From positions 1-64,000 of the IMG/VR virus record IMGVR_UViG_3300015214_000031: a stretch of 64,000 nt of DNA; one strand, given 5' to 3'. Below are positions 1-8,050 of this stretch, piece by piece (the first letter of the stretch is position 1; every line of letters begins with the position of its first letter). This DNA is from a virus (taxonomy: Duplodnaviria > Caudoviricetes). The notes under the pieces were generated by a model. It did no database searches. It was not told the origin of the DNA and saw only the letters and a list, made by a program, of their open reading frames with translations. The translations under genes were made by a program, and so were the position numbers.

Positions 1-92
1 AAAATTTGAATTTTGAAGTATTTTATTAATGTAATGACACTAGGTATTATTTTACTAAAAAAAATAAATTTAAGAGTGTGTTTGTATATTGA

Positions 93-208
93 TTCTTTTT
101 GTCATTACATTAGTGGAGTTTTTATTAAAAATTTGAATTTAAGTTATGATTGGTACTACTTTCTTTTTGTCATTACATTAGTGATTCTTTTATTAAAAAT
201 TTGAATTT
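93..208 (+). repeat. Two copies of a 48-bp imperfect direct repeat (93-140, 161-208)
   Basis: ttctttttgtcattacattagtg-N5-tttattaaaaatttgaattt occurs twice with a 68-bp period. An inverted copy of the core TAATGTAATGACA is at 27-39. Confidence 0.9.
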
Positions 209-317
209 TGGAGTACGTTACCATTTCGGAAAAAATAAAAAGTTTGGTAGGATTTAATAGATTTGGCATGTTTTTTGATTTAAATGATTTAATATGAATT
301 AATTAATAAAACAATTA

Positions 318-361
318 TTAAATCAGGTATTGAATAGAATATAAAACAATACCTGATTTAA
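318..361. terminator. 15-bp perfect inverted repeat, probable terminator for the leftward arm
   Basis: ttaaatcaggtattg (318-332) / caatacctgatttaa (347-361), just downstream of the last minus-strand ORF. Confidence 0.6.
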
Positions 362-380
362 TATCATATGGTGTAATGAG

Positions 381-554
381 TTAATCATTAATCCAGTATC
401 GAACATAATAACTTGCCATATAATACTTTCCTTTCTTACTGATCCTATACCGATCATATGTTACCCTGTAATCTCTCTTGATTGGTCGTGACATAACTAC
501 TGCAATCAAATCAGTTTCATCTTTAATACCGCAAAAGCACTTAATCATTTCCAT
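381..554 (-). CDS. Small hypothetical protein, 57 aa (MEMIKCFCG...)
   Basis: Read manually (below the ORF-track cutoff). AGGA upstream; shares IKC[F/Y]CG with 690-941. Confidence 0.45.
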   Translation of the reverse strand: MEMIKCFCGIKDETDLIAVVMSRPIKRDYRVTYDRYRISKKGKYYMASYYVRYWIND

Positions 555-689
555 TTTTATTTTCCTATTGTAATTACAATGTTTGAAATGAAATCATTAA
601 TTGATTATGTTTATCCTACACAATTGAATAGGTTTTATAACAAACGCCAAACATAACTTACACACAATCACCCATATAACGACTATAAC

Positions 690-941
690 CTATTCAGTTA
701 ACATTTGAGCAATAACCTTTTTCAACCTTACACTCCTATCATAACCACAATAACATTTGATAATTCTAACTTTATCCATTTCATGATTATCATTAAGGTA
801 CAATGAATGAACTGTGTAATACGAATACACATTGTCTTCTTTGTGTTCGATAGTTTCAATCACATACTTTCCTTTCTTTGGTTTATTGAGAACTGCATAA
901 ACTTCACCATTCTTCCTAACTTTCCAATAAAACTCTTTCAT
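690..941 (-). CDS. Hypothetical protein, 83 aa
   Basis: ORF with AAGGAG RBS 9 nt upstream of ATG. Confidence 0.7.
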   Translation of the reverse strand: MKEFYWKVRKNGEVYAVLNKPKKGKYVIETIEHKEDNVYSYYTVHSLYLNDNHEMDKVRIIKCYCGYDRSVRLKKVIAQMLTE

Positions 942-962
942 AGTTTCTTTCTCCTTTCATCA

Positions 963-1208
963 TCATTTGAATTCGACCTTAAACTTACTTTGCACTCTAT
1001 TCATTTTTACCCGATTGTTATGAATCTTTTCCTGAACTTCTCTAAACAAATCAATCTGAACTGCTAGTGCATACGGTAAAAATGAATCCATATCTCTTTT
1101 TACCGGTAATTGCTGAATACTCCTTACTGCCGAAGAAATTAAATCATTGTGAAGTGTTTGAGGTATACCTGCATTAATTAATACTTCGATCATTTCTGAT
1201 TTATCCAT
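963..1208 (-). CDS. Hypothetical protein, 81 aa
   Basis: ORF with GGGGAGG RBS. Confidence 0.7.
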   Translation of the reverse strand: MDKSEMIEVLINAGIPQTLHNDLISSAVRSIQQLPVKRDMDSFLPYALAVQIDLFREVQEKIHNNRVKMNRVQSKFKVEFK

Positions 1209-1225
1209 ACTCTTTCCTCCCCAAT

Positions 1226-1262
1226 AAAAAAGGGTACAGGTAATAAAACCCTGTACCCTTTT
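1226..1262. terminator. Bidirectional intrinsic terminator-like hairpin
   Basis: aaaagggtacagg / cctgtaccctttt stem with A/T tails, just downstream of 1272-1853. Confidence 0.75.
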
Positions 1263-1271
1263 GATTAGTAA

Positions 1272-1853
1272 TTAACGATTGTAAACCGAAATGCTTTTGA
1301 GCGTGTTGAGGATATTGCTTGTCAACTGGTCCATATTCAACAAAATTTCCTTAATCCAATCTTTGGCTGATATACTGTTGATTTTGTTTTCTTGGACCGT
1401 TGAATTCATCAATGCCAATATTTCAGCACTAATTTTTCCTTCATTTTCGGCAATCATTTCATTGATTTGATCCAATTTCGATAATGCCGAAACATTGCCG
1501 GTTAAATCGTCATAGGCAATTTCGATGAATTCATCAAAACCCTTTTCCAGGATAACCCGTTCTGTATCAGTGAAAAGGTGAGATTCGTTTCCAAGGGACA
1601 AAACGATAATCTTTTGACAATCATTTATTACAGTGCTTTTGGACCGCTTCCAGAAAAGGTAAAGCGTTCCTTCCTCCGTCAATATCGGTGGATTATCGGA
1701 ATAGATGTTAACTGGTTTTCTCAGAACAAAACCTTTATCCTTTTTGGTGTTTTCCTGTTTTACTGCCGTATTTTCTTTCATAGTTTCTTTCTCCTTATTT
1801 TGATTTTCAGTGGAAGCTTTGCGAAGTACAGTGTTTTTCTTTACGATAGCCAT
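1272..1853 (-). CDS. Hypothetical protein (start revised to MAIVKK; in-frame internal RBS/ATG at 1781)
   Basis: The GAAGGAG RBS lies inside the track's MEGVRT leader, so the likely start is 1853. Confidence 0.7.
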   Translation of the reverse strand: MAIVKKNTVLRKASTENQNKEKETMKENTAVKQENTKKDKGFVLRKPVNIYSDNPPILTEEGTLYLFWKRSKSTVINDCQKIIVLSLGNESHLFTDTERVILEKGFDEFIEIAYDDLTGNVSALSKLDQINEMIAENEGKISAEILALMNSTVQENKINSISAKDWIKEILLNMDQLTSNILNTLKSISVYNR

Positions 1854-2663
1854 AGTTCTAACTCCTTCCATGTTTTGTTGGGTTATTGAATACCTGCTTT
1901 ATTCTTTGCTTCATTTTGGATAAAGCTTTTGAATCTTGCAAATTCATTCACTGGATTCAAAGCCTTTCCGAAGCATTGCTGGTAAAGCCAATTTTCATCC
2001 GATTCAGTAAATTTACCTTTGTTACCGATGAAATCCTTATCATCGGCAACAGTTTCGATCACTTCCTTTATATCGTCGCGTTCAATGTCAAAAATCTTTG
2101 AAAAGTAATTGATGCCTTCAACTTTGGCGTTAACTGATTCAACCGTTTTGTTTTTGCTGATAGTTTCCCATACCGATTCTGCAAACCGCTTGATATTGCG
2201 GTTTGCAATTAAACTGTTGTCCCTTTTCCAAACCCGACGAAGCATTTCATAAAAATCATCATAGTTGGTGAACGAATTTCCTGTCAGTTTTTCAAGCACT
2301 TCCTTGCCATTGTGCTTGATTTCATCTTGTTTTAAATTCCGTAAACATTCTAAAACTTTACTTTCTGGAAATTGCACTTTCCCACTTGTTTTGATTGTGG
2401 GCTTTTCAGTTTCCATCGTTTTGCTTGGTTCCTGTTTTACTTGCAGCGTGGAAACCGCTTTAGACAGCAGATCAATTTTGCTGTCCATTACAATCAAGCG
2501 TTTGTTAATTTCTTCAACCTGTGACCAAGTTACGAGTTTTCCAGGGGCAAAAGCTTCCAGTATTTCTGCTTTCGCTTGATTAATCGTTTCAACCAGATTG
2601 TCACTGTCACTTGCTTGTTTCTTTACGATAGCCATAGTTCTAACTCCTTCCATGTTTTGTTGG
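1836..2663 (+). repeat. 46-bp exact direct repeat (1836-1881 and 2618-2663) covering the RBS and first codons of two adjacent genes
   Basis: tttctttacgatagccatagttctaactccttccatgttttgttgg at both positions. Confidence 0.95.
1883..2635 (-). CDS. Hypothetical protein, 250 aa (starts MAIVKK)
   Basis: Long ORF with the same RBS cassette as 1272-1853. Confidence 0.75.
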   Translation of the reverse strand: MAIVKKQASDSDNLVETINQAKAEILEAFAPGKLVTWSQVEEINKRLIVMDSKIDLLSKAVSTLQVKQEPSKTMETEKPTIKTSGKVQFPESKVLECLRNLKQDEIKHNGKEVLEKLTGNSFTNYDDFYEMLRRVWKRDNSLIANRNIKRFAESVWETISKNKTVESVNAKVEGINYFSKIFDIERDDIKEVIETVADDKDFIGNKGKFTESDENWLYQQCFGKALNPVNEFARFKSFIQNEAKNKAGIQ

Positions 2664-2767
2664 TTAGTTCTAGCAACTAAAAGATTCCAAACTTCTAAAA
2701 GTTAATTCATACCTCCTTTCAGTGAGATGTTTAAACATTGCCGATTTAAGGCACCAAATCGGCGTTT

Positions 2768-2842
2768 CTAGGCACCAAAAACTCTAATCAGTACCCATGC
2801 ATACTCAAGGCAAATAATCCCAAAAAAAGCCAATTTAAGCAT
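2768..2842 (-). CDS. 24-aa hydrophobic peptide MLKLAFFGIICLEYAWVLIRVFGA
   Basis: GAAAGGGG RBS upstream of the ATG at 2842; single TM-like stretch; 8-bp hairpin (2740-2763) downstream. Confidence 0.45.
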   Translation of the reverse strand: MLKLAFFGIICLEYAWVLIRVFGA

Positions 2843-2861
2843 AATTAATCCCCTTTCGTTG

Positions 2862-3083
2862 TTAGAGATTAAACAATTTAATTGCTTTAGCAATTGTGAG
2901 TGTACCATGGTAATCTTTATCTCTGCCCATGGTGACCAGTACAAATGGTTTCCCTTTGTCTGGACAGTCAATCCATTCATAATTGAGATTATCACCAAAT
3001 GGGTTGTAAATGGTTTTAACACCAAAAAAATTATCTAGTTTCTTTATGTTCATATGCAATTTTTCAACTTTATTCATGACCAT
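2862..3083 (-). CDS. Hypothetical protein, 73 aa
   Basis: GGAGG RBS before the ATG at 3083 (start revised from 3116). Confidence 0.65.
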   Translation of the reverse strand: MVMNKVEKLHMNIKKLDNFFGVKTIYNPFGDNLNYEWIDCPDKGKPFVLVTMGRDKDYHGTLTIAKAIKLFNL

Positions 3084-3168
3084 TTTCCTCCATTGCGTGT
3101 TTAGGTTTACTCTCAATCCCCTGTAGCTCTTGGTTGCCGTTCAAAAACTCACATATAATGTAGATATA

Positions 3169-3197
3169 GATATAATAAGGTTTTCGGATATTGTCAA
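3169..3197 (-). promoter_or_regulatory. Leftward sigma70-type promoter
   Basis: TTGACA (3197-3192), 17 bp, TATATC (3174-3169), upstream of the leftward arm. Confidence 0.55.
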
Positions 3198-3502
3198 TAA
3201 TTTTTTTATCGTTTTTTTATATCAGGAGTGATTTTTTTATTGGGGATATGGTCTAAACCAAAAAATAATCCAGCGTGGAAAGGACCATTAAAAAAGAGCT
3301 GAAAAAATGAAAAAGTTCTAAAAAATGTCATTACTGGAAAAAGTGCCCGTAAACCCGCATGGAAAGCCAAAATTGCTTAGAATCGAAAAACTATTTTTTT
3401 CCGATACAGAATACGTCTGAAATTTAAAGTAGCTTAAAACGCCTAAAAATGGCCTTAAAATCAAAGTTAACCGAAAAACTTTTTTCAAAAGTGCCTACTT
3501 TT

Positions 3503-4015
3503 TGGCATACCTTTTGATTTTTTATTTTTGCCTTATTTTCTGGCATGGAAATTAAATTGTAATTGGCATTAATTTTGTATAGAGAAAAAGTTTACCTACT
3601 TGGCATGATTTTTAAACGGTAAGCGGATAAACTTCACTTTAACCGTTAATACATTTGTGCTATGATGTATCAAGTAATAAGGGTAATACATAAGTTTTTT
3701 AATGTTCTAAAAGTTAATTCATACCTCAAAAAAGTTTCTTCCACTAAGCATTTTTCCAGAGAAAAAATCGTATTATGGCATAAAGATTAAATCGTAAAAT
3801 CGAAGTAAATGGCATGGAAATAAATTTTACTTTGGCATAATTATATATTTTTAAAAAATCGTATATTGGCATACTTTTTATCATCTAAATGGTATGAAAA
3901 TTAAAAAGAAAATTACGAGTAAATGGCATGAACTTTATCATCTAAATGGTACTAACTTTGATATTACTAAAAGTATGCCAAGTTAACCCGATTTTTACAT
4001 GCTATTTTCATGCCA
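3503..4015. repeat. Array of 11 TGGCAT hexamers plus 2 TGGTA variants, mostly TGGCAT(A/G)-N4-TT
   Basis: Plus strand: 3503, 3541, 3564, 3601, 3776, 3810, 3833, 3867, 3924. Minus strand: 3975-3980, 4010-4015. Variants: 3890, 3947. Non-coding. Confidence 0.9.
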
Positions 4016-4103
4016 ACGCTATATTTTTTTATCCCTCTATCGCCTCGATTTTTGCCTTAGTGCCTGGGTAGCCCGCCCTGAATAAAATCGCACCAATTAT
4101 ATA

Positions 4104-4165
4104 TAAACTGCCTACAAGTTCCTCACAGACTTTATTTTCTAAACTGCCTACAAGCCATTCACAGA
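4104..4165 (+). repeat. Two-copy direct repeat, 36-bp period
   Basis: taaactgcctacaag-N4-tcacaga at 4104 and 4140. Confidence 0.8.
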
Positions 4166-4225
4166 TTTTGTTTTTATAAATGGAAGTATTAAATCAATAG
4201 ATAAAATAATAAATCATTATAATAC

Positions 4226-4270
4226 TGGACGTAAATTTCTATTGACATCATTTTTACGTCCATGTATAAT
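4226..4270 (+). promoter_or_regulatory. Consensus sigma70 early promoter with a flanking operator-like inverted repeat
   Basis: TTGACA 4242-4247, 17 bp, TATAAT 4265-4270; tggacgtaaa (4226-4235) / tttacgtcca (4253-4262) brackets the -35 box. Confidence 0.85.
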
Positions 4271-4319
4271 GTACTGATAATAACAAACAACCATTTAACT
4301 TATGAAAGGAGAAATGATT

Positions 4320-4583
4320 ATGATGAACATTTACAAGGAAGCATTGGAAGTTCAAGATGCAGTAAATCTTTCCGGTGTAGTTCACACATTTAATAAGGTA
4401 TTGGATTATATTTGGGATGAAGCAAGAGAAAAAGAATTGGGAACTGATTACGTTAATAATCATCCTGTTTCAATTCTTTTTGCAGATAAAATTAATCACT
4501 TGACTAAAATGCAAGATTGGAATCCATCTCGTATTACTGGTGCATATAGACAATGTATAAAACTTTCAAAGAAAGGAGAATAA
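4320..4583 (+). CDS. Hypothetical early protein
   Basis: GAAAGGAG RBS at 4304-4311; start revised to 4320. Confidence 0.75.
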   Translation: MMNIYKEALEVQDAVNLSGVVHTFNKVLDYIWDEAREKELGTDYVNNHPVSILFADKINHLTKMQDWNPSRITGAYRQCIKLSKKGE

Positions 4584-4587
4584 GATT

Positions 4588-5034
4588 ATGAATACTTATG
4601 CATTTGTTGTGGGAAACTTTCTGGAAAAGAATAATGAAATCAAAGGAACAATGTATTTTGTAACCAAAGCAAAGAATTTCAAGTCTGCTTCGAAAAACAT
4701 ACCGTCTTACCAAGGATTATATTTTTATCTTATTTACCAACTTAATTATTTGGATGTTATTGATGATTTCTGGACAAGATATTATCTAGTCAATTTGGGT
4801 GGTAACGAGAAAACAGGGATAGTCAATGCTGACAGTGAAAAAGAGGCATTGGATTTTGCCATTGATTTTTATGAAGAAGAAAACATGAACCATGTATTCA
4901 TTGATCCTCCTGAAAATCTTGTAACTGAAAAACAATGGGAGGAATGGAATAGCACACATTTGAGTGGGGGAAATTATGGATTATTTCTTGCTGCTGATTT
5001 AAATGAAATAATTATTAAAGAGATTAAATTCTGA
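4588..5034 (+). CDS. Hypothetical early protein, 148 aa
   Basis: ORF with AAAGGAG RBS. Confidence 0.75.
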   Translation: MNTYAFVVGNFLEKNNEIKGTMYFVTKAKNFKSASKNIPSYQGLYFYLIYQLNYLDVIDDFWTRYYLVNLGGNEKTGIVNADSEKEALDFAIDFYEEENMNHVFIDPPENLVTEKQWEEWNSTHLSGGNYGLFLAADLNEIIIKEIKF

Positions 5035-5063
5035 TTGACGTAAAAATAAGAGGGGGGTATACT
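5035..5063 (+). promoter_or_regulatory. Sigma70-type promoter
   Basis: TTGACG, 17 bp, TATACT; the -35 box overlaps GACGTAAA; taagagggggg(g)tata is duplicated downstream. Confidence 0.7.
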
Positions 5064-5135
5064 CTTCATAGTTTTTAAGAGGGGGGGTATATCTCTCATG
5101 AATTTTCATTTCTAACTTATGAAAGGAGAATGATT

Positions 5136-5534
5136 ATGTTCTGGTTACGATTTGAAGAATTGTTTAATCTATCGGAAATGAGCCATCCTTATTGGTATCC
5201 CACAGAAGTTACTACTCAACTTTACAATCAAGTATTTAAAAGTGATAATTATAGTAACTTTATAAGGTATTGTTATTATGTTGATGATTTCCCTGGTTCA
5301 CCTACATATGACATTATTGATGAGAAAATAATTCAACAATGGAGAGATAGAGATGGAATATTAATCTCTGAGATTTTGTGTCATGTTGGTTGTAACAAAG
5401 TCACTCATGCCATTTCTATAATTAAAGTTTGGTATCATGAAGAAGATGAAATTTGTCATGTTGAACTTCTAAATGAAATGATAACAGGGAATTGTGATTG
5501 TATTAAACAAAAAGGCTTCTTTACTATGAAATGA
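5136..5534 (+). CDS. Hypothetical early protein
   Basis: GAAAGGAG RBS; start revised to the second ATG. Confidence 0.7.
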   Translation: MFWLRFEELFNLSEMSHPYWYPTEVTTQLYNQVFKSDNYSNFIRYCYYVDDFPGSPTYDIIDEKIIQQWRDRDGILISEILCHVGCNKVTHAISIIKVWYHEEDEICHVELLNEMITGNCDCIKQKGFFTMK

Positions 5535-5548
5535 AAGGAGAAAAGAAT

Positions 5549-5740
5549 ATGACTGACCTTTTAAAACCAACAGTTGATGAATTGATTCACCATACAATGG
5601 ATATAACTCAACCGGGAGATGTAGAAGTTGCATATTCTGATAAAACCGTATGGATCAATATTGATGATATTTGTATTCTAAGAATATGTAGAATGAGTTC
5701 TCTGACCATAACCGATTTGAGAACAAAAGAGAAGAATTAA
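5549..5740 (+). CDS. Hypothetical protein, 63 aa
   Basis: GAAAGGAG RBS at 5533-5540. Confidence 0.7.
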   Translation: MTDLLKPTVDELIHHTMDITQPGDVEVAYSDKTVWINIDDICILRICRMSSLTITDLRTKEKN

Positions 5741-5844
5741 AATGAAGTAGGTAATAGAGTAATTACGAGGATGGAGTGAAATTGATTCATTCCATTCCTT
5801 GATTACTTAATTATTAAACACATAACAAAAAAGGAGAAATAACT

Positions 5845-6579
5845 ATGTGTAAATTCTTTTCATTGATATCTGATGGAAACAGAAATGTTCGTTACTTTAA
5901 CTCTGAAATAAGAAAAAAGATTATTGACGGAGTATTAGATCATCTTGAAACAGATAGTCATGCCTCCATTTGTGAGTATTTCAAATGGAAAGAGGATAGA
6001 TGCAATAAATACGAATATAATCCCTTACTCAAAAAATTTACAATAGATCAAATCAATTCTCACAGTGATGATTCAGAATGGGTTGAAAGATTTTGTAAGA
6101 ACTTGGATTTCAGTAAAATTGTTCCTGAACTATTGATTAAACCCATTGTAAATCCATTTGAAATTGAGTCTACCCCAATAACGGAAAAAGAAATTGAGAT
6201 TTTAAAACAATGGAATTCAGTGAGGAATTCAGTGAGGAATTCAGTGAGGAATTCAGTGTGGAATTCAGTGTGGGATTCAGTGAGGGATTCGGTGGGGGAT
6301 TCAGTGAGGAATTCAGTGAGGAATTCAGTGTGGAATTCAGTGTGGAATTCAGTGTGGAATTCAGTGAGGAATTCAGTGTGGGATTCATTAGGAGCTTATA
6401 TTTCTTCATTCCTTCCTGGAATTAAGAAATGGAAATATATAGAGCATGAGGAAGGCACCAATCCATTCCAATGTGCAATTGATCTTTGGGAAAAAGGTCT
6501 AGTACCTTCTTTCGATGGTAAAGTTTGGAGACTTCACAGTAAAAATGGAATTGAATATGAAATGATAAAAGGAGAATAA
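5845..6579 (+). CDS. Phage protein with (W/R/G)(N/D)SV tetrapeptide repeats
   Basis: AAAGGAG RBS; MCKFFS N-terminus and GLVPSFDGKVWRLH C-terminus match a common uncharacterised phage family. Confidence 0.8.
   Translation: MCKFFSLISDGNRNVRYFNSEIRKKIIDGVLDHLETDSHASICEYFKWKEDRCNKYEYNPLLKKFTIDQINSHSDDSEWVERFCKNLDFSKIVPELLIKPIVNPFEIESTPITEKEIEILKQWNSVRNSVRNSVRNSVWNSVWDSVRDSVGDSVRNSVRNSVWNSVWNSVWNSVRNSVWDSLGAYISSFLPGIKKWKYIEHEEGTNPFQCAIDLWEKGLVPSFDGKVWRLHSKNGIEYEMIKGE
6211..6390 (+). repeat. 15 tandem 12-bp units, (a/t/g)gg(a/g)attcagtg
   Basis: Read directly; in frame within 5845-6579. Confidence 0.95.
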
Positions 6580-6582
6580 GAT

Positions 6583-6950
6583 ATGAAAAATACCATTTGG
6601 AATCTTAAAGCTGTCGATGCTAAGGCATTAGTTGAAACCATTAATTTCAGAGGATTAGGAAAGGTTGAAAAAAAATGATTTTGGTATTACTGGTTTTCCT
6701 AGTAAACTTTCTAAATATTTTGTACTTCCTGATTCAGACTATCCAATTAACAGTGATTATCCTGAAGTTGATTCTTGTAAATGTGAAGAAGACAACTGTA
6801 CTTGTTACTTTCCTCCTGATAAGTGACTTCACTTATCAGGAAATCGACCGTGTAATCAATGATGCAATAGATCATTTGATGGAAGCTAAGTTTGATAAGG
6901 AAACAAGAACATGGTGGTTGGGTGATAACTCTTATACATTGGGAGAATAA
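6583..6950 (+). pseudogene. Possible frameshifted gene, or tandem micro-ORFs
   Basis: RBS and ATG at 6583; frame stops at 6676 right after an A8 run. The +1 frame continues to TGA at 6824. A third frame carries a protein-like C-terminus to 6950. Confidence 0.35.
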
Positions 6951-6951
6951 A

Positions 6952-7140
6952 ATGACAGACAATATTGGATTTATCATTGCTCAGAGGATTACAACAATCC
7001 TTGAATCTAGGGGATTGTCATATGAAGAACTTTCGGAAATTATCTATGGAGAATTTAATTCAATTGCCGAAGATCTTAAAATTGGTGATTGGATAGAATT
7101 CCCTAATGGAACAAAATGCATTTGTGTATTCAAACCATAA
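6952..7140 (+). CDS. Small protein, possible HTH
   Basis: GGGAG RBS; SRGLSYEELSEII resembles XRE helices. Confidence 0.55.
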   Translation: MTDNIGFIIAQRITTILESRGLSYEELSEIIYGEFNSIAEDLKIGDWIEFPNGTKCICVFKP

Positions 7141-7148
7141 GGAGAATA

Positions 7149-7571
7149 ATGCAGACTTTTTTACCATATAAGAAATTTGGTAAATCACTTTTAATCTTAG
7201 ATAGAAACCGTTTAAATTCCCAAAGGAGGGAATCATTACTGGCTTGGAAAATATTGAATGGAATAACTGACGGAGGAAAATATAAATATCATCCAATAAT
7301 CAAAATGTGGAAAGGTTATGAAAATGCACTGGCAGTTTATTATAACCTTTCTCTTTTAGTATGGGAAATAAGGGGGTATAAGAATATCAAACTTAAATTT
7401 GTAACTACTAACAGGCCAATACAAAAACCTGATTGGTTAAATGAATCATTTTGTTCAAATCATCGAAGTATTTTACTAGGAAAGAATTTTGAATATTATA
7501 AAAGGTTTCAGTGGAAAGAGAAACCAGCACAAATGATAAATAACAAATGGCCTTATATTTGGCCTATATGA
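7149..7571 (+). CDS. Pyrimidine-dimer DNA glycosylase / endonuclease V-like (MSMEG_6728 family)
   Basis: MQTFLPY...LD..RL..QR.E...HP...MW.GY; start revised to 7149. Confidence 0.8.
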   Translation: MQTFLPYKKFGKSLLILDRNRLNSQRRESLLAWKILNGITDGGKYKYHPIIKMWKGYENALAVYYNLSLLVWEIRGYKNIKLKFVTTNRPIQKPDWLNESFCSNHRSILLGKNFEYYKRFQWKEKPAQMINNKWPYIWPI

Positions 7572-7588
7572 AAGAAGGAGGATAAAAA

Positions 7589-8050
7589 ATGAAGTCAATA
7601 AACCAATTTAGAGGTTACTATAGATTTCTATCTAATTTTTGGCCTTGTGATATTGACTTTGCTATTAATAAGAATAAACTTATCACATTCCCATCAGTAG
7701 AACATTTTTATCAAGCAATGAAGTCAAAAAGAACTGAAGATTGGATAAGAATTTGTAATCTCCCAAAAGCAGGAGATGCTAAAAGAGAGGGGCAGAAAAT
7801 AAAACTAAGAGATGATTGGGAAGAAGTTAAATTAGAAATTATGGAAATAGGTCTAAAAATAAAGTTCTCTCATAGCAATCTTAAACTCTTACGAATGCTA
7901 CTTGAAACAGGAGATTTGAAAATCATTGAAGGGAATTATTGGCATGATAATTTTTGGGGTGACTGCTTTTGTTCAAAATGTGAAAATATAAAAGGAAAAA
8001 ATAATCTTGGAAAACTTTTAATGAGGATTAGAGATTTTTGGAGGGAATAA
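7589..8050 (+). CDS. NADAR (YbiA-like) family protein
   Basis: FLSNFW, FPSVEHFYQAMK, R.DWEEVK..IM...L..KF, D.FWG, G.N.LGKLLM.IR. Confidence 0.9.
   Translation: MKSINQFRGYYRFLSNFWPCDIDFAINKNKLITFPSVEHFYQAMKSKRTEDWIRICNLPKAGDAKREGQKIKLRDDWEEVKLEIMEIGLKIKFSHSNLKLLRMLLETGDLKIIEGNYWHDNFWGDCFCSKCENIKGKNNLGKLLMRIRDFWRE

Noticed and set aside
93-208. Mini CRISPR array at the window start
   Set aside because: Only two 48-bp imperfect copies with a 20-bp gap; no cas genes
6211-6390. CRISPR array
   Set aside because: 12-bp units with no unique spacers, in frame within a CDS; no cas genes
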